Part shown: piece by piece, positions 56,287 through 64,000 of the stretch
How the letters are laid out: each line of letters starts with the position of its first letter
How positions within the stretch are numbered: position 1 is the stretch's first letter
From: Gammaproteobacteria bacterium
GTDB taxonomy: Bacteria; Pseudomonadota; Gammaproteobacteria; Steroidobacterales; Steroidobacteraceae
Direction: 5' to 3'
DNA length: 64,000 nt
NCBI GenBank assembly: GCA_003132425.1
Contig: PKXS01000142.1
Location: 653 to 64,652, forward strand
The notes under the pieces: model-generated
What the model was told of the DNA's origin: nothing
Database searches by the model: none
The model's input: the letters and a program-made list of their open reading frames with translations, nothing else
Made by a program: the position numbers and the translations under genes

Positions 56287-57981
56287 CTAGGGCAAAAGCT
56301 CCAGCGCATTGGTGAGATCGCCCATCGGCTGCTCGCCATGCTCCGCCAGTTGTTGATTGCGCCTCGCCATGCCCGGCAGCGCCTCGAGATCGAAGCGGCG
56401 GGCGATCAGGCGCAGAATCGACTCCGTGTCGTACTGCGTGTGATCGACAGTGCCCCGTTTCCCGAACGGCGAAATGATCAACGCCGGAATTCGCGCACCC
56501 GGACCCAGCAGATCCCCCTTCGGCGGCGCGACCTGGTCCCAAGTGCCGCCGAACTCATCGTAGGTGATGACGATCACCATGTTTTTCCATTGCGGACCCG
56601 CCTGCAATTTCGCGACCAGACCGGCGATATGCGCATCGCCGTCCGCAATCGACGCGTAGCCTTCATGCTGATTGAGGTTTCCCTGCGGCTTGTAAAACGC
56701 GACCGCCGGCAGGCGGCCGGCAGCAATGTCGCCGATGAGATCACGATAGTCCTTCAAGTGCGCGGCACGCTCATCGGCGTGAGCCACGGGATCGAAGCTC
56801 GAATAGTAATTGAAGGGCTGGTGGTGGGGCTGAAAATCCGGACTTCCCGCGGCCGTGTACGGCGCGTAGATCACCGTGCGTGTTTCAGAGGCGGGGCGCC
56901 CGCCGTCCGCAACGGCCGCATCCCACGCGCCCGCATACCAGACCCACGCGATTTTCTTTGCATCCAATAAGCCGCCGATCGTGCGCTGCGTCTGCGGCGG
57001 CAGAGTCGTCGGGTTCTTCGGATCGGCATACCCGTAAGCGTTGCGATCCGCAGGCGGCCCGTTGCCGCTCGGCTGATAGGCGGGTTGCATGGTATTGACG
57101 GCATAGAACTTCGCATCGCCGAAATAGTTGGCGGGCGTGATATCGCCGCTGTCCGCAAATATGGGCGGCCCGTCGAGCGCCGAGGCGGGCGATGTCTTGG
57201 CAAGCCGGAGCCGCGGTAAATAGCCCCCGGCAGGATCCTGGTCGAGAATCGCAATCGTAGGCTTGGCCGGCACCGTATCGGCGTTGGGATATTCCGGCGC
57301 GCAGGCACAAACCAGGTATTGGTGATTCAGGAAGGAGCCGCCGAACGCTCCCTGAAAAAAATTATCCGCCAGCACGTATTGCCGCGCGAGCGCATAGAGC
57401 GCGGTTCGGCTGGTGTCGTAGTGTCCCATGGTGAGGCCGCCGGCGTCCGTCCAGGCGGCATATCCATCGTTCTTGCCGCCGTCGATCTGCATCTGATGCT
57501 CGAAGAATCGGTGATACAGATCCCGGGTCACGGCCGAGGTCGATAGAGTGACGTTCGATTGCGCGGTGAATGCGTGCTCGATGGAAAATGGCGCATTCGG
57601 CAAGCCGTTGCTTTGCGCCTGCGTGACCACCGGGGTGTAGCCCGGCGCGGTTACGCCACCCCAGGTCTGCGGCAACTCCGCAAGTACGGATCCGTCGCGA
57701 TCCCGCTGCGGGACGTAGGCAGGCAGCGGCCGGCCGTCGCTGTCCACCACCTCGCTTAGGCCTCGCGCACCGGGAAAGTTTCCATACAGGTTATCGAACG
57801 CGCGATTCTCGGCGTAGATGACCACAATGGTGCCGACCTTGCTGCGCAATCCTTGAGTCGTGGCGTCGCCTTGGCGGCCGGACGCCGGGAGATGGTTATG
57901 GACGCATGCGCCAACAGAAAAGCTGAAGGCGATTGCCGGCAAAAGATGCCACGCATTGTTGCGACACGTTCGATATTTCAT
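56287..57981 (-). CDS. AcpA-type acid phosphatase / phosphoesterase family protein
   Basis: 564 aa. IVVIYAENRAFDNLYGNFPG and C-terminal VITYDEFGGTWDQV, typical of the phospholipase C / AcpA phosphoesterase family. Signal or lipoprotein leader. Confidence 0.85.
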   Translation of the reverse strand: MKYRTCRNNAWHLLPAIAFSFSVGACVHNHLPASGRQGDATTQGLRSKVGTIVVIYAENRAFDNLYGNFPGARGLSEVVDSDGRPLPAYVPQRDRDGSVLAELPQTWGGVTAPGYTPVVTQAQSNGLPNAPFSIEHAFTAQSNVTLSTSAVTRDLYHRFFEHQMQIDGGKNDGYAAWTDAGGLTMGHYDTSRTALYALARQYVLADNFFQGAFGGSFLNHQYLVCACAPEYPNADTVPAKPTIAILDQDPAGGYLPRLRLAKTSPASALDGPPIFADSGDITPANYFGDAKFYAVNTMQPAYQPSGNGPPADRNAYGYADPKNPTTLPPQTQRTIGGLLDAKKIAWVWYAGAWDAAVADGGRPASETRTVIYAPYTAAGSPDFQPHHQPFNYYSSFDPVAHADERAAHLKDYRDLIGDIAAGRLPAVAFYKPQGNLNQHEGYASIADGDAHIAGLVAKLQAGPQWKNMVIVITYDEFGGTWDQVAPPKGDLLGPGARIPALIISPFGKRGTVDHTQYDTESILRLIARRFDLEALPGMARRNQQLAEHGEQPMGDLTNALELLP

Positions 57982-58036
57982 TTGCCGGCATTATAGTCGG
58001 CAATGCGAACCCGTTGCGCCGCGGCGGCTTACGCCG

Positions 58037-58675
58037 CTAGAAGGCCCAGGTCACGCCCACCGTCACCGCATCGGGATTGCCGCCGGTTTGATCGATGCGT
58101 TCGTATTCGGCGCGGACCGCGAAACCGGGAAAGAATTTCGCTTGTATGCCGACGCCGTAGGCAAAATCCGTGTTCCACTGATTTTGGCGGTACGGCGTCC
58201 CGCTCGGCTGCGTGCACACTCCACTGGGAGCGCAGCCCGAGTTCACAAATCCGCTGATGTCGGATTGCAGGCGCGCGACACCCAATTTGCCGTAGACGTC
58301 CAACAACGGCACCGGTATGGGCAAGTAGCCGACGGCGAATAACGCGGTAGCCGTCGGATGGTCGTTCTGGCCAAAATAATTATTGCTGTTATATCCGTAG
58401 CCGGTGCCGGGGTTGCCGAAGTCGATGTATTCCAACTCAGCTCCCACAGGGGCAATTGGCCGCACGCCGGCCATCACCTTCCATGCAGCGTGGTGCTCAT
58501 CATAGTAGCCGGGGTAGCCAAAATCGTACGGCGCATTATTGTTCCTGACATTGGATTCACCGAACCCGGCGCCGATATAGAAGCCGATCGGATTCAGTGG
58601 GTCGGCTAATGCCGTCGAGGCGCAACCGGCGCCCATAGCGAGGGCCGCGCATATGCCAGTTAACAATCTCTTCAT
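58037..58675 (-). CDS. Outer-membrane beta-barrel protein (OmpA-like barrel / PF13505-like)
   Basis: ATG at 58675 (MKRLLTGICAALAMGAGCASTALA). Aromatic-girdle strands, C-terminal VGVTWAF. Confidence 0.75.
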   Translation of the reverse strand: MKRLLTGICAALAMGAGCASTALADPLNPIGFYIGAGFGESNVRNNNAPYDFGYPGYYDEHHAAWKVMAGVRPIAPVGAELEYIDFGNPGTGYGYNSNNYFGQNDHPTATALFAVGYLPIPVPLLDVYGKLGVARLQSDISGFVNSGCAPSGVCTQPSGTPYRQNQWNTDFAYGVGIQAKFFPGFAVRAEYERIDQTGGNPDAVTVGVTWAF

Positions 58676-58774
58676 GTGGAAACTCCTACAATGATCCATG
58701 TCCTATCGGACCGATGACCGATGACGGAAGTTCCAGTCGGCCTAGCCGACAGCAGCAGGCGCTATACTTCGCGA

Positions 58775-58981
58775 ATGAGGTATGCGTTGGCCTTTCTCCT
58801 GTTTGGCGCGGCCGAAATCCTCGCGGGGTGTGGCCAGAAGGGCCCTCTTGTGCATCCGGATGCGCACAAGCCCAAGGTAGTCACTCCGAGCGCTCCCGCT
58901 GCGCCGTCGGCCGCCGGGGCATCGCCCGTTTCGACGACGCAAAAGGACGACGCCAAGCCGGTCGCAGCGCCGCAGCCTTGA
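58775..58981 (+). CDS. Small lipoprotein, LptM/YifL-like
   Basis: ATG at 58775: MRYALAFLLFGAAEILAGCGQKGPL, the lipobox plus GCGxKGPL motif of YifL/LptM. Pro/Ala-rich tail. 68 aa. Confidence 0.6.
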   Translation: MRYALAFLLFGAAEILAGCGQKGPLVHPDAHKPKVVTPSAPAAPSAAGASPVSTTQKDDAKPVAAPQP

Positions 58982-59003
58982 GGTGAACACTTCTCCGGCT
59001 GCC

Positions 59004-61748
59004 ATGAACGCACTCAAACTCGTCCTCGTCGACGGCTCCTCGTATCTGTATCGAGCCTTTCATGCATTGCCGCCGCTCAACAATTCCAAGGGCGAGCCGA
59101 CCGGCGCTGTGCTCGGCGTGCTGAACATGCTGACCAAGCTGGTGAAGGATGAATCGCCGCAGCGGATCGCGGTGGTGTTCGATGCCCCGGGGCGCACTTT
59201 CCGAGACGATCTGTTCGATCAGTACAAGGCGCATCGCCCACCGATGCCCGATGATTTGCGCTCGCAAGTGCAACCGCTGCTGGATGCGGTCGAAGCGATG
59301 GGACTGCCGCTGCTGCGCATACCCGGCGTGGAAGCGGATGACGTCATCGGCACGCTTGCGAAGCAAGGCGCCGACGCGGGCTACGAGGTATTGATCTCGA
59401 CCGGCGACAAGGACATGGCGCAACTCGTCGGCCCGCGCATCGGGCTGATCAACACCATGAGCAATACGCGACTCGATCGCGATGGGGTGAAAGCCAAGTT
59501 CGATGTATTTCCTGAACAGATCGTCGACTATCTCGCGCTGGTCGGCGACAGCTCGGACAACATTCCGGGCGTCACCGGCGTGGGCCCCAAGACTGCGGCG
59601 AAGTGGCTGCTTCAATATCAGACTCTGGATGCATTGATCGCTCACGCCGGCGAGATCGGCGGCAAGGTGGGCGAGAACCTGCGCAACGAACTTGCGATCC
59701 TCGATCTGTCGCGCAGGCTCGCCACCATCGATATCGCGCTCAAGTTGTCGTTGACGCCCGAAGAACTTAGCGCAGGTCCGCCGGACCTGTCGCGGCTGCG
59801 GGAATTGTATGGGCGACTCGAGCTGCGTTCGCTACTCAAGTCTCTGGATGCGCCTGCGTCCGTCGACGCGCAAACGGAAAACACCTCGGCCGCAGGCCCA
59901 CCGAGCGCCGCCACGATGGCTCAACCCACTCAAGCGTCCGCTGGCGACTACCGGAAGATCGTCTCGCAGCAGGCAATGGACTCGTGGCTCGTCAGGCTCG
60001 CGGCGGCGGCGCTCGTTTCCTTCGACACCGAGACCGATAGCCTCGACTATATGCGCGCGCGAATCGTGGGTGTGTCGTTTGCAATCGCGCCGGGAGAAGC
60101 GGCTTACGTCCCGCTGACCCATGATTATGCGGGCGCGCCGGAGCAGCTTAATCTGGAAACAGTGTTGGCGGCGCTCAAACCCCTGCTGGAAGATGCCGCG
60201 AGACCCAAACTAGGACATCACCTCAAATACGACATGCATATCCTTGCGAACTACGGCATCGCGCTTGCCGGTCAGCGATATGATTCGATGTTGGAGTCCT
60301 ATGTGCTGGACAGCGTGGCGACGCGCCATGATATGGATTCGACCGCCGAGAAATATCTCGGCATCAAGACCATTCATTTCGAGGATGTCGCGGGAAAGGG
60401 TGCGAAGCAAATCACCTTCAACCAAGTCGATGTGGACCGGGCAACCGAATACTCCGCTGAGGACGCCGATGTGACTCTGCGGCTGCACCTGGCGCTATGG
60501 CCGAAAATCGAAGCGCTGCCGCGCTTGAAACAACTCTATGAGACCATCGAGCAACCGCTGGTCGCGGTGTTGTATCGCATGGAGCGCACCGGCGTGCTCG
60601 TGGATCCTGAACTTCTCAAGATACAGAGCGCGCAACTAGCCGCCCGCATGTTGGAGTTGCAGGCGCAGGCTCATATCGAGGCCGGCGGCGCATTCAATGT
60701 CGATTCACCGAAGCAACTGCAGGAGATTTTATTCGGCAAGCTCGGCATTCCGGTGATTCGCAAGACGCCCACAGGGCAGCCCTCGACGGCGGAGGATGTG
60801 CTCGAAGAGCTGGCCGCGGCGCATTCCTTGCCAAAATTGATTTTGGAATATCGCGGCGTCGCCAAACTCAAATCCACCTATACGGAGAAGCTGCCCGAGC
60901 AGATCAATCCGCAGACCGGGCGCATCCACACTTCTTATCATCAAGGCGTCGCCGCCACGGGCAGGCTCTCTTCGACCGACCCGAATCTGCAAAACATCCC
61001 GATCCGCACGCCGGAGGGGCGGCGCATCCGCCAGGCCTTCGTGGCGCCGCCGGGGCATTCGCTCATCGCCGCCGATTACTCGCAAATCGAATTGCGCATC
61101 ATGGCGCATCTGTCCGGCGACGAGGCCCTATTGCGAGCCTTCGCCGAGGATCGCGACATTCACCGGGCGACCGCAGCGGAGGTGTTCGGCACCTCGCTCG
61201 CGGCGGTCAGTGCCGATCAGCGACGCTCCGCCAAAGCAATCAACTTCGGCTTGATTTACGGAATGTCGGCTTTCGGACTTGCGCGTCAATTAGGGATAGG
61301 GCGCGGCGAAGCGCAAAAATATGTGGAGCTTTACTTCGAGCGCTATCCCGGCGTGAAGCGCTATATGGACGAGACACGCCGCCAGGCGCGCGAGGCGGGC
61401 TTCGTGGAAACGGTATTTGGCCGCAGGCTATATCTGCCTGAAATTCAGTCCCGCAACCAGGCGCTGCGCCAGTATGCGGAACGCAGCGCCATCAACGCAC
61501 CCATGCAGGGAACGGCTGCCGATATTATCAAGCGCGCCATGATCGACGTCGATGCGTGGCTGCAGAGTTCGCGCGTCCCCGCGCGGCTGATCATGCAAGT
61601 CCACGATGAATTGGTGCTGGAGGCGGCGGACTCGGCGGTCCAGTCGGTGTCGGAGCAATTGCGTGAACGGATGGCGAATGCGGCGCAGCTCAAGGTGCCG
61701 CTCAAAGTCGATGTGGGCGTCGGCCGCAATTGGGACGAAGCGCACTAA
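59004..61748 (+). CDS. polA: DNA polymerase I
   Basis: MNALKLVLVDGSSYLYRAFHA (5' nuclease), 3'-5' exonuclease FDTETDSL, polymerase motifs DYSQIELR and QVHDEL. Track start GTG 58983 is an alternative. Confidence 0.97.
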   Translation: MNALKLVLVDGSSYLYRAFHALPPLNNSKGEPTGAVLGVLNMLTKLVKDESPQRIAVVFDAPGRTFRDDLFDQYKAHRPPMPDDLRSQVQPLLDAVEAMGLPLLRIPGVEADDVIGTLAKQGADAGYEVLISTGDKDMAQLVGPRIGLINTMSNTRLDRDGVKAKFDVFPEQIVDYLALVGDSSDNIPGVTGVGPKTAAKWLLQYQTLDALIAHAGEIGGKVGENLRNELAILDLSRRLATIDIALKLSLTPEELSAGPPDLSRLRELYGRLELRSLLKSLDAPASVDAQTENTSAAGPPSAATMAQPTQASAGDYRKIVSQQAMDSWLVRLAAAALVSFDTETDSLDYMRARIVGVSFAIAPGEAAYVPLTHDYAGAPEQLNLETVLAALKPLLEDAARPKLGHHLKYDMHILANYGIALAGQRYDSMLESYVLDSVATRHDMDSTAEKYLGIKTIHFEDVAGKGAKQITFNQVDVDRATEYSAEDADVTLRLHLALWPKIEALPRLKQLYETIEQPLVAVLYRMERTGVLVDPELLKIQSAQLAARMLELQAQAHIEAGGAFNVDSPKQLQEILFGKLGIPVIRKTPTGQPSTAEDVLEELAAAHSLPKLILEYRGVAKLKSTYTEKLPEQINPQTGRIHTSYHQGVAATGRLSSTDPNLQNIPIRTPEGRRIRQAFVAPPGHSLIAADYSQIELRIMAHLSGDEALLRAFAEDRDIHRATAAEVFGTSLAAVSADQRRSAKAINFGLIYGMSAFGLARQLGIGRGEAQKYVELYFERYPGVKRYMDETRRQAREAGFVETVFGRRLYLPEIQSRNQALRQYAERSAINAPMQGTAADIIKRAMIDVDAWLQSSRVPARLIMQVHDELVLEAADSAVQSVSEQLRERMANAAQLKVPLKVDVGVGRNWDEAH

Positions 61749-61908
61749 CTTGGGTCCGGCCGAGTGCTGACCGTCCGGTGTAGGACTAATCTTACTTTGG
61801 TGTTACGCGGCGGGGATTTTGACGGTTTTCCACACACTAATTCATATTTCTTTGCATATCAGGCACCTGGCAATCGAGCCGGCGCGGATTATTGTCTGCT
61901 GTAGGACT

Positions 61909-61936
61909 GGAACTTTTGCGAGGCATCCCCATCTAA
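61909..61936 (+). promoter_or_regulatory. Sigma-E (RpoE/AlgU)-type promoter
   Basis: GGAACTT (61909-61915), a 16-nt spacer, then TCTAA (61932-61936). Compare the consensus GGAACTT-N16-TCnaA. Confidence 0.55.
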
Positions 61937-61942
61937 TCTCAT

Positions 61943-62060
61943 GAGCGTTAACGACGCTCCCCGCTCCTCTCCCTGAGCGGGAATGACCCGGTTTGTCATC
62001 CCCATGCCGGGTTGGTCTGCCTCGGTGGTTGCTTCCAAGCGCCCACCGGGGCCTTTTTTT
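61943..62060 (+). ncRNA. Candidate sigma-E-dependent small RNA in the polA-engB spacer (Spot42/ErsA position)
   Basis: About 118 nt between the promoter and a terminator. Stems GAGCG/CGCTC (61943-59) and CCCGCTC/GAGCGGG (61960-81) with a CUCUCCCU loop. Terminator CCTCGGTGG (62020-28)/CCACCGGGG (62043-51) plus T7 (62054-60). Confidence 0.45.
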
Positions 62061-62649
62061 ATGCGACGGCCAACCAGCGGTCCATGACTTGGCGCGCGTC
62101 TTCAAATCCCTGCTTTGCATGCGCGGAAAATAACTGCACAGTCACCGCGGTGTCGGCGCACGCCGCGATGGTTTCTCGCAACACTTGTTGCGAATCACGG
62201 CGGTTCAATTTATCGGCTTTCGTCAGCAGCACATGCGCTGAGCGGTCCCGTGCGAGCGCCCATTCGAGCATCGCAGCGTCTTGCTCGCCAAGTCCGCGAC
62301 GGCTGTCGACGATGAGAATCAATCCCACCAGCGACTCGCGTACGTTGAAATAGTGCTCCATCAATTCCAACCAATGCAGGCGTATCCTCTGCGGCACCTT
62401 GGCGAACCCGTAGCCCGGCAAATCGACCAATCGGCGCTCAGGCGCCAATTCGAAGAAATTGATCAGCTGCGTGCGGCCCGGTGTCCTGCTGACCCGCGCA
62501 AGACCTGCACGCTGAGTAATCGCATTGATTGCGGATGATTTGCCGGAATTGGACCGACCGGCAAAGGCGATTTCCCGTCCCGTGTCCGGCGCCAGTTGAT
62601 ACGCCTCGGCGGCACTCGTCACGAATTTCACCTGGGAGTAAGTCGACAT
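62059..62649 (-). CDS. engB: Ribosome-biogenesis GTPase EngB/YihA
   Basis: 196 aa. G1 GRSNSGKSSAIN, G3 DLPGYG, G4 TKADK. Confidence 0.93.
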   Translation of the reverse strand: MSTYSQVKFVTSAAEAYQLAPDTGREIAFAGRSNSGKSSAINAITQRAGLARVSRTPGRTQLINFFELAPERRLVDLPGYGFAKVPQRIRLHWLELMEHYFNVRESLVGLILIVDSRRGLGEQDAAMLEWALARDRSAHVLLTKADKLNRRDSQQVLRETIAACADTAVTVQLFSAHAKQGFEDARQVMDRWLAVA

Positions 62650-62735
62650 GGCCGCCGCCTGGACGCAATTTATTGACTGTAGTGTACAATTTGGGACGAA
62701 TAACGGTTCACTTTAGAATGGGGACAGAGGCGATC

Positions 62736-63344
62736 ATGAAGCGGTTTTGGATTCTTGCGGCGATGATTTCCGGCTCCATCGTCAGCAGCGCGGCGCTATC
62801 TGCCGGCAACGTCGAGACCGGCGCAACCAAGGCCGTTGTGTGCCAGGCGTGTCACGGTGCGAATGGCAACAGCACGAATCCCCAGTGGCCCAGCCTGGCG
62901 GGCATCGGCGCGGATTACATCGCCGAGCAGCTGCAGAATTTTAAGTCGGGAAAACGCAACAATCCCGTCATGATGCCGAATGCGATGACTTTGAGCGCGG
63001 ACGACATGGCCAATCTAGGCGCGTACTTTGACAGCTTGGTCAATACCGGGCTGGAAGCGGATCCGTCATATTGGCAAGCGGGCGAGAAGCTTTATCGCGG
63101 CGGGGACAAGGCCCGCGAAATTCCGGCCTGCATGGCTTGTCACGGCCCGTCCGGTCGCGGCAACGAACCTGCGAAATTTCCGGCACTTCGCGGCCAGCAA
63201 TCAGTCTACGTGGCAAAGCAGTTGAACGACTATGCGTCCGGCGCCCGTACGACGAGTCCGAACGGCATCATGGAGACCATCGCCAAACGGCTCTCCGCCG
63301 AAGATATTCGAAATCTCGCTTCCTATGTGCAGGGGATACGCTGA
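62736..63344 (+). CDS. Di-haem cytochrome c4
   Basis: Trimmed to the ATG at 62736 (MKRFWILAAMISGS...). Two CxxCH motifs (CQACHG, CMACHG) with distal Met regions. 202 aa. Confidence 0.9.
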   Translation: MKRFWILAAMISGSIVSSAALSAGNVETGATKAVVCQACHGANGNSTNPQWPSLAGIGADYIAEQLQNFKSGKRNNPVMMPNAMTLSADDMANLGAYFDSLVNTGLEADPSYWQAGEKLYRGGDKAREIPACMACHGPSGRGNEPAKFPALRGQQSVYVAKQLNDYASGARTTSPNGIMETIAKRLSAEDIRNLASYVQGIR

Positions 63345-63345
63345 A

Positions 63346-64000
63346 ATGTGGGCCCGACAACTGGTATTGCTCTTCAGTCTGGCGTTCGTACTAGCTGCCT
63401 GCGGCAGACAGCAATCGGCGGATTTAGGATCAAATCCCAACAGCCCCGGGGCCGCTGCGACATCGCCGGCAACGGCCGGCTCGCAAAAGGCGCGCGCGTC
63501 GGCCGCGGAATCCTCGAAGATTACGATTGCCAACGAAGACGGCTCCGAGAAGGTCGAGGATACGACCGGCGACAACGGCGCGCATAATCCGCTGCTGGCC
63601 GCAGTCGCCTCGACGGTCGCCGCCGCGACAGCATCAGCGTCGGCCGCCACCACCACCGGACCCACGCTGTGGCAGGAAGGGGTCAATTACACGCGGCTCG
63701 TGCCGGCACAACCCACCGCGGTGCCCGCGGGGCAGGTCGAAGTCTTGGAATTTTTCTGGTATGCGTGTCCACACTGCTATGCGATCGACCCACTGGTCGA
63801 ATCGTGGAAGAAAACCAAGCCGGCATACATCAGCTTCTCGCGTGTTCACGTGATGTGGAGCGAGGGACACCGCTCGCTGGCACGGCTCTATTACACGCTG
63901 GAGAGCCTCGGTAAGTTGAATCAGCTGCACGGCGAGGTGTTCAAGGAGATTCACGTCAACGGCAATCCCTTGGTCGCGAGCGATCCGAACGACGTTGCGG
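63346..64000 (+). CDS. dsbA: Thiol:disulfide interchange protein DsbA, lipoprotein form (3' end outside window)
   Basis: Not in the track because there is no stop in the window. ATG 63346, lipobox LAAC, low-complexity linker of about 100 aa, then FFWYACPHCY thioredoxin active site. Synteny engB-cyt c4-dsbA. Confidence 0.85.
   Translation, partial: MWARQLVLLFSLAFVLAACGRQQSADLGSNPNSPGAAATSPATAGSQKARASAAESSKITIANEDGSEKVEDTTGDNGAHNPLLAAVASTVAAATASASAATTTGPTLWQEGVNYTRLVPAQPTAVPAGQVEVLEFFWYACPHCYAIDPLVESWKKTKPAYISFSRVHVMWSEGHRSLARLYYTLESLGKLNQLHGEVFKEIHVNGNPLVASDPNDVA

Noticed and set aside
61842-62120. 92-aa minus-strand ORF spanning the polA-engB spacer
   Set aside because: It overlaps the engB 3' end, the intrinsic terminator and the stem-loops of the predicted sRNA. 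An RNA gene explains this region better.

Overview
High-GC (about 64-65% by eye) proteobacterial chromosomal segment, densely coding on both strands. I saw no rRNA, tRNA, CRISPR array, transposase or integrase, so it reads as core genome rather than an island. Gene order matches classic gammaproteobacterial housekeeping neighbourhoods: coaBC-dut-radC, rpmB-rpmG-mutM, ggt-coaD-rsmD divergent from ftsYEX-rpoH, an Ada/AlkA-Ogt alkylation-repair operon, gltBD, and polA-[sRNA]-engB-cytochrome c4-dsbA as in Pseudomonas. Many long ORFs in the six-frame track are high-GC antisense artefacts or N-terminal over-extensions, and I re-derived starts where homology or overlap logic allowed. Four things merit follow-up. 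(1) A roughly 8.7-kb arginine operon, argR-argG-X-argC-argD-argF'-argB-argH-thioesterase. It uses an acyl-ornithine-type carbamoyltransferase, encodes no ArgA/ArgJ/ArgE in the window, and carries an uncharacterised P-loop protein (X) and a PaaI thioesterase, both joined to neighbours by ATGA overlaps. (2) A divergent pair made of an FlhC-like zinc-ribbon regulator and a possibly internally duplicated FlhD-like protein, in a non-flagellar, non-ICE context. (3) A predicted sigma-E-dependent small RNA in the polA-engB spacer, the Spot42/ErsA locus. (4) An envelope cluster: SPOR lipoprotein, bactofilin, a GlpD-like oxidoreductase coupled to an outer-membrane barrel, and a receiver-TM-OmpA-like protein. 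All family assignments come from reading motifs by eye and from memory. No database search was run.
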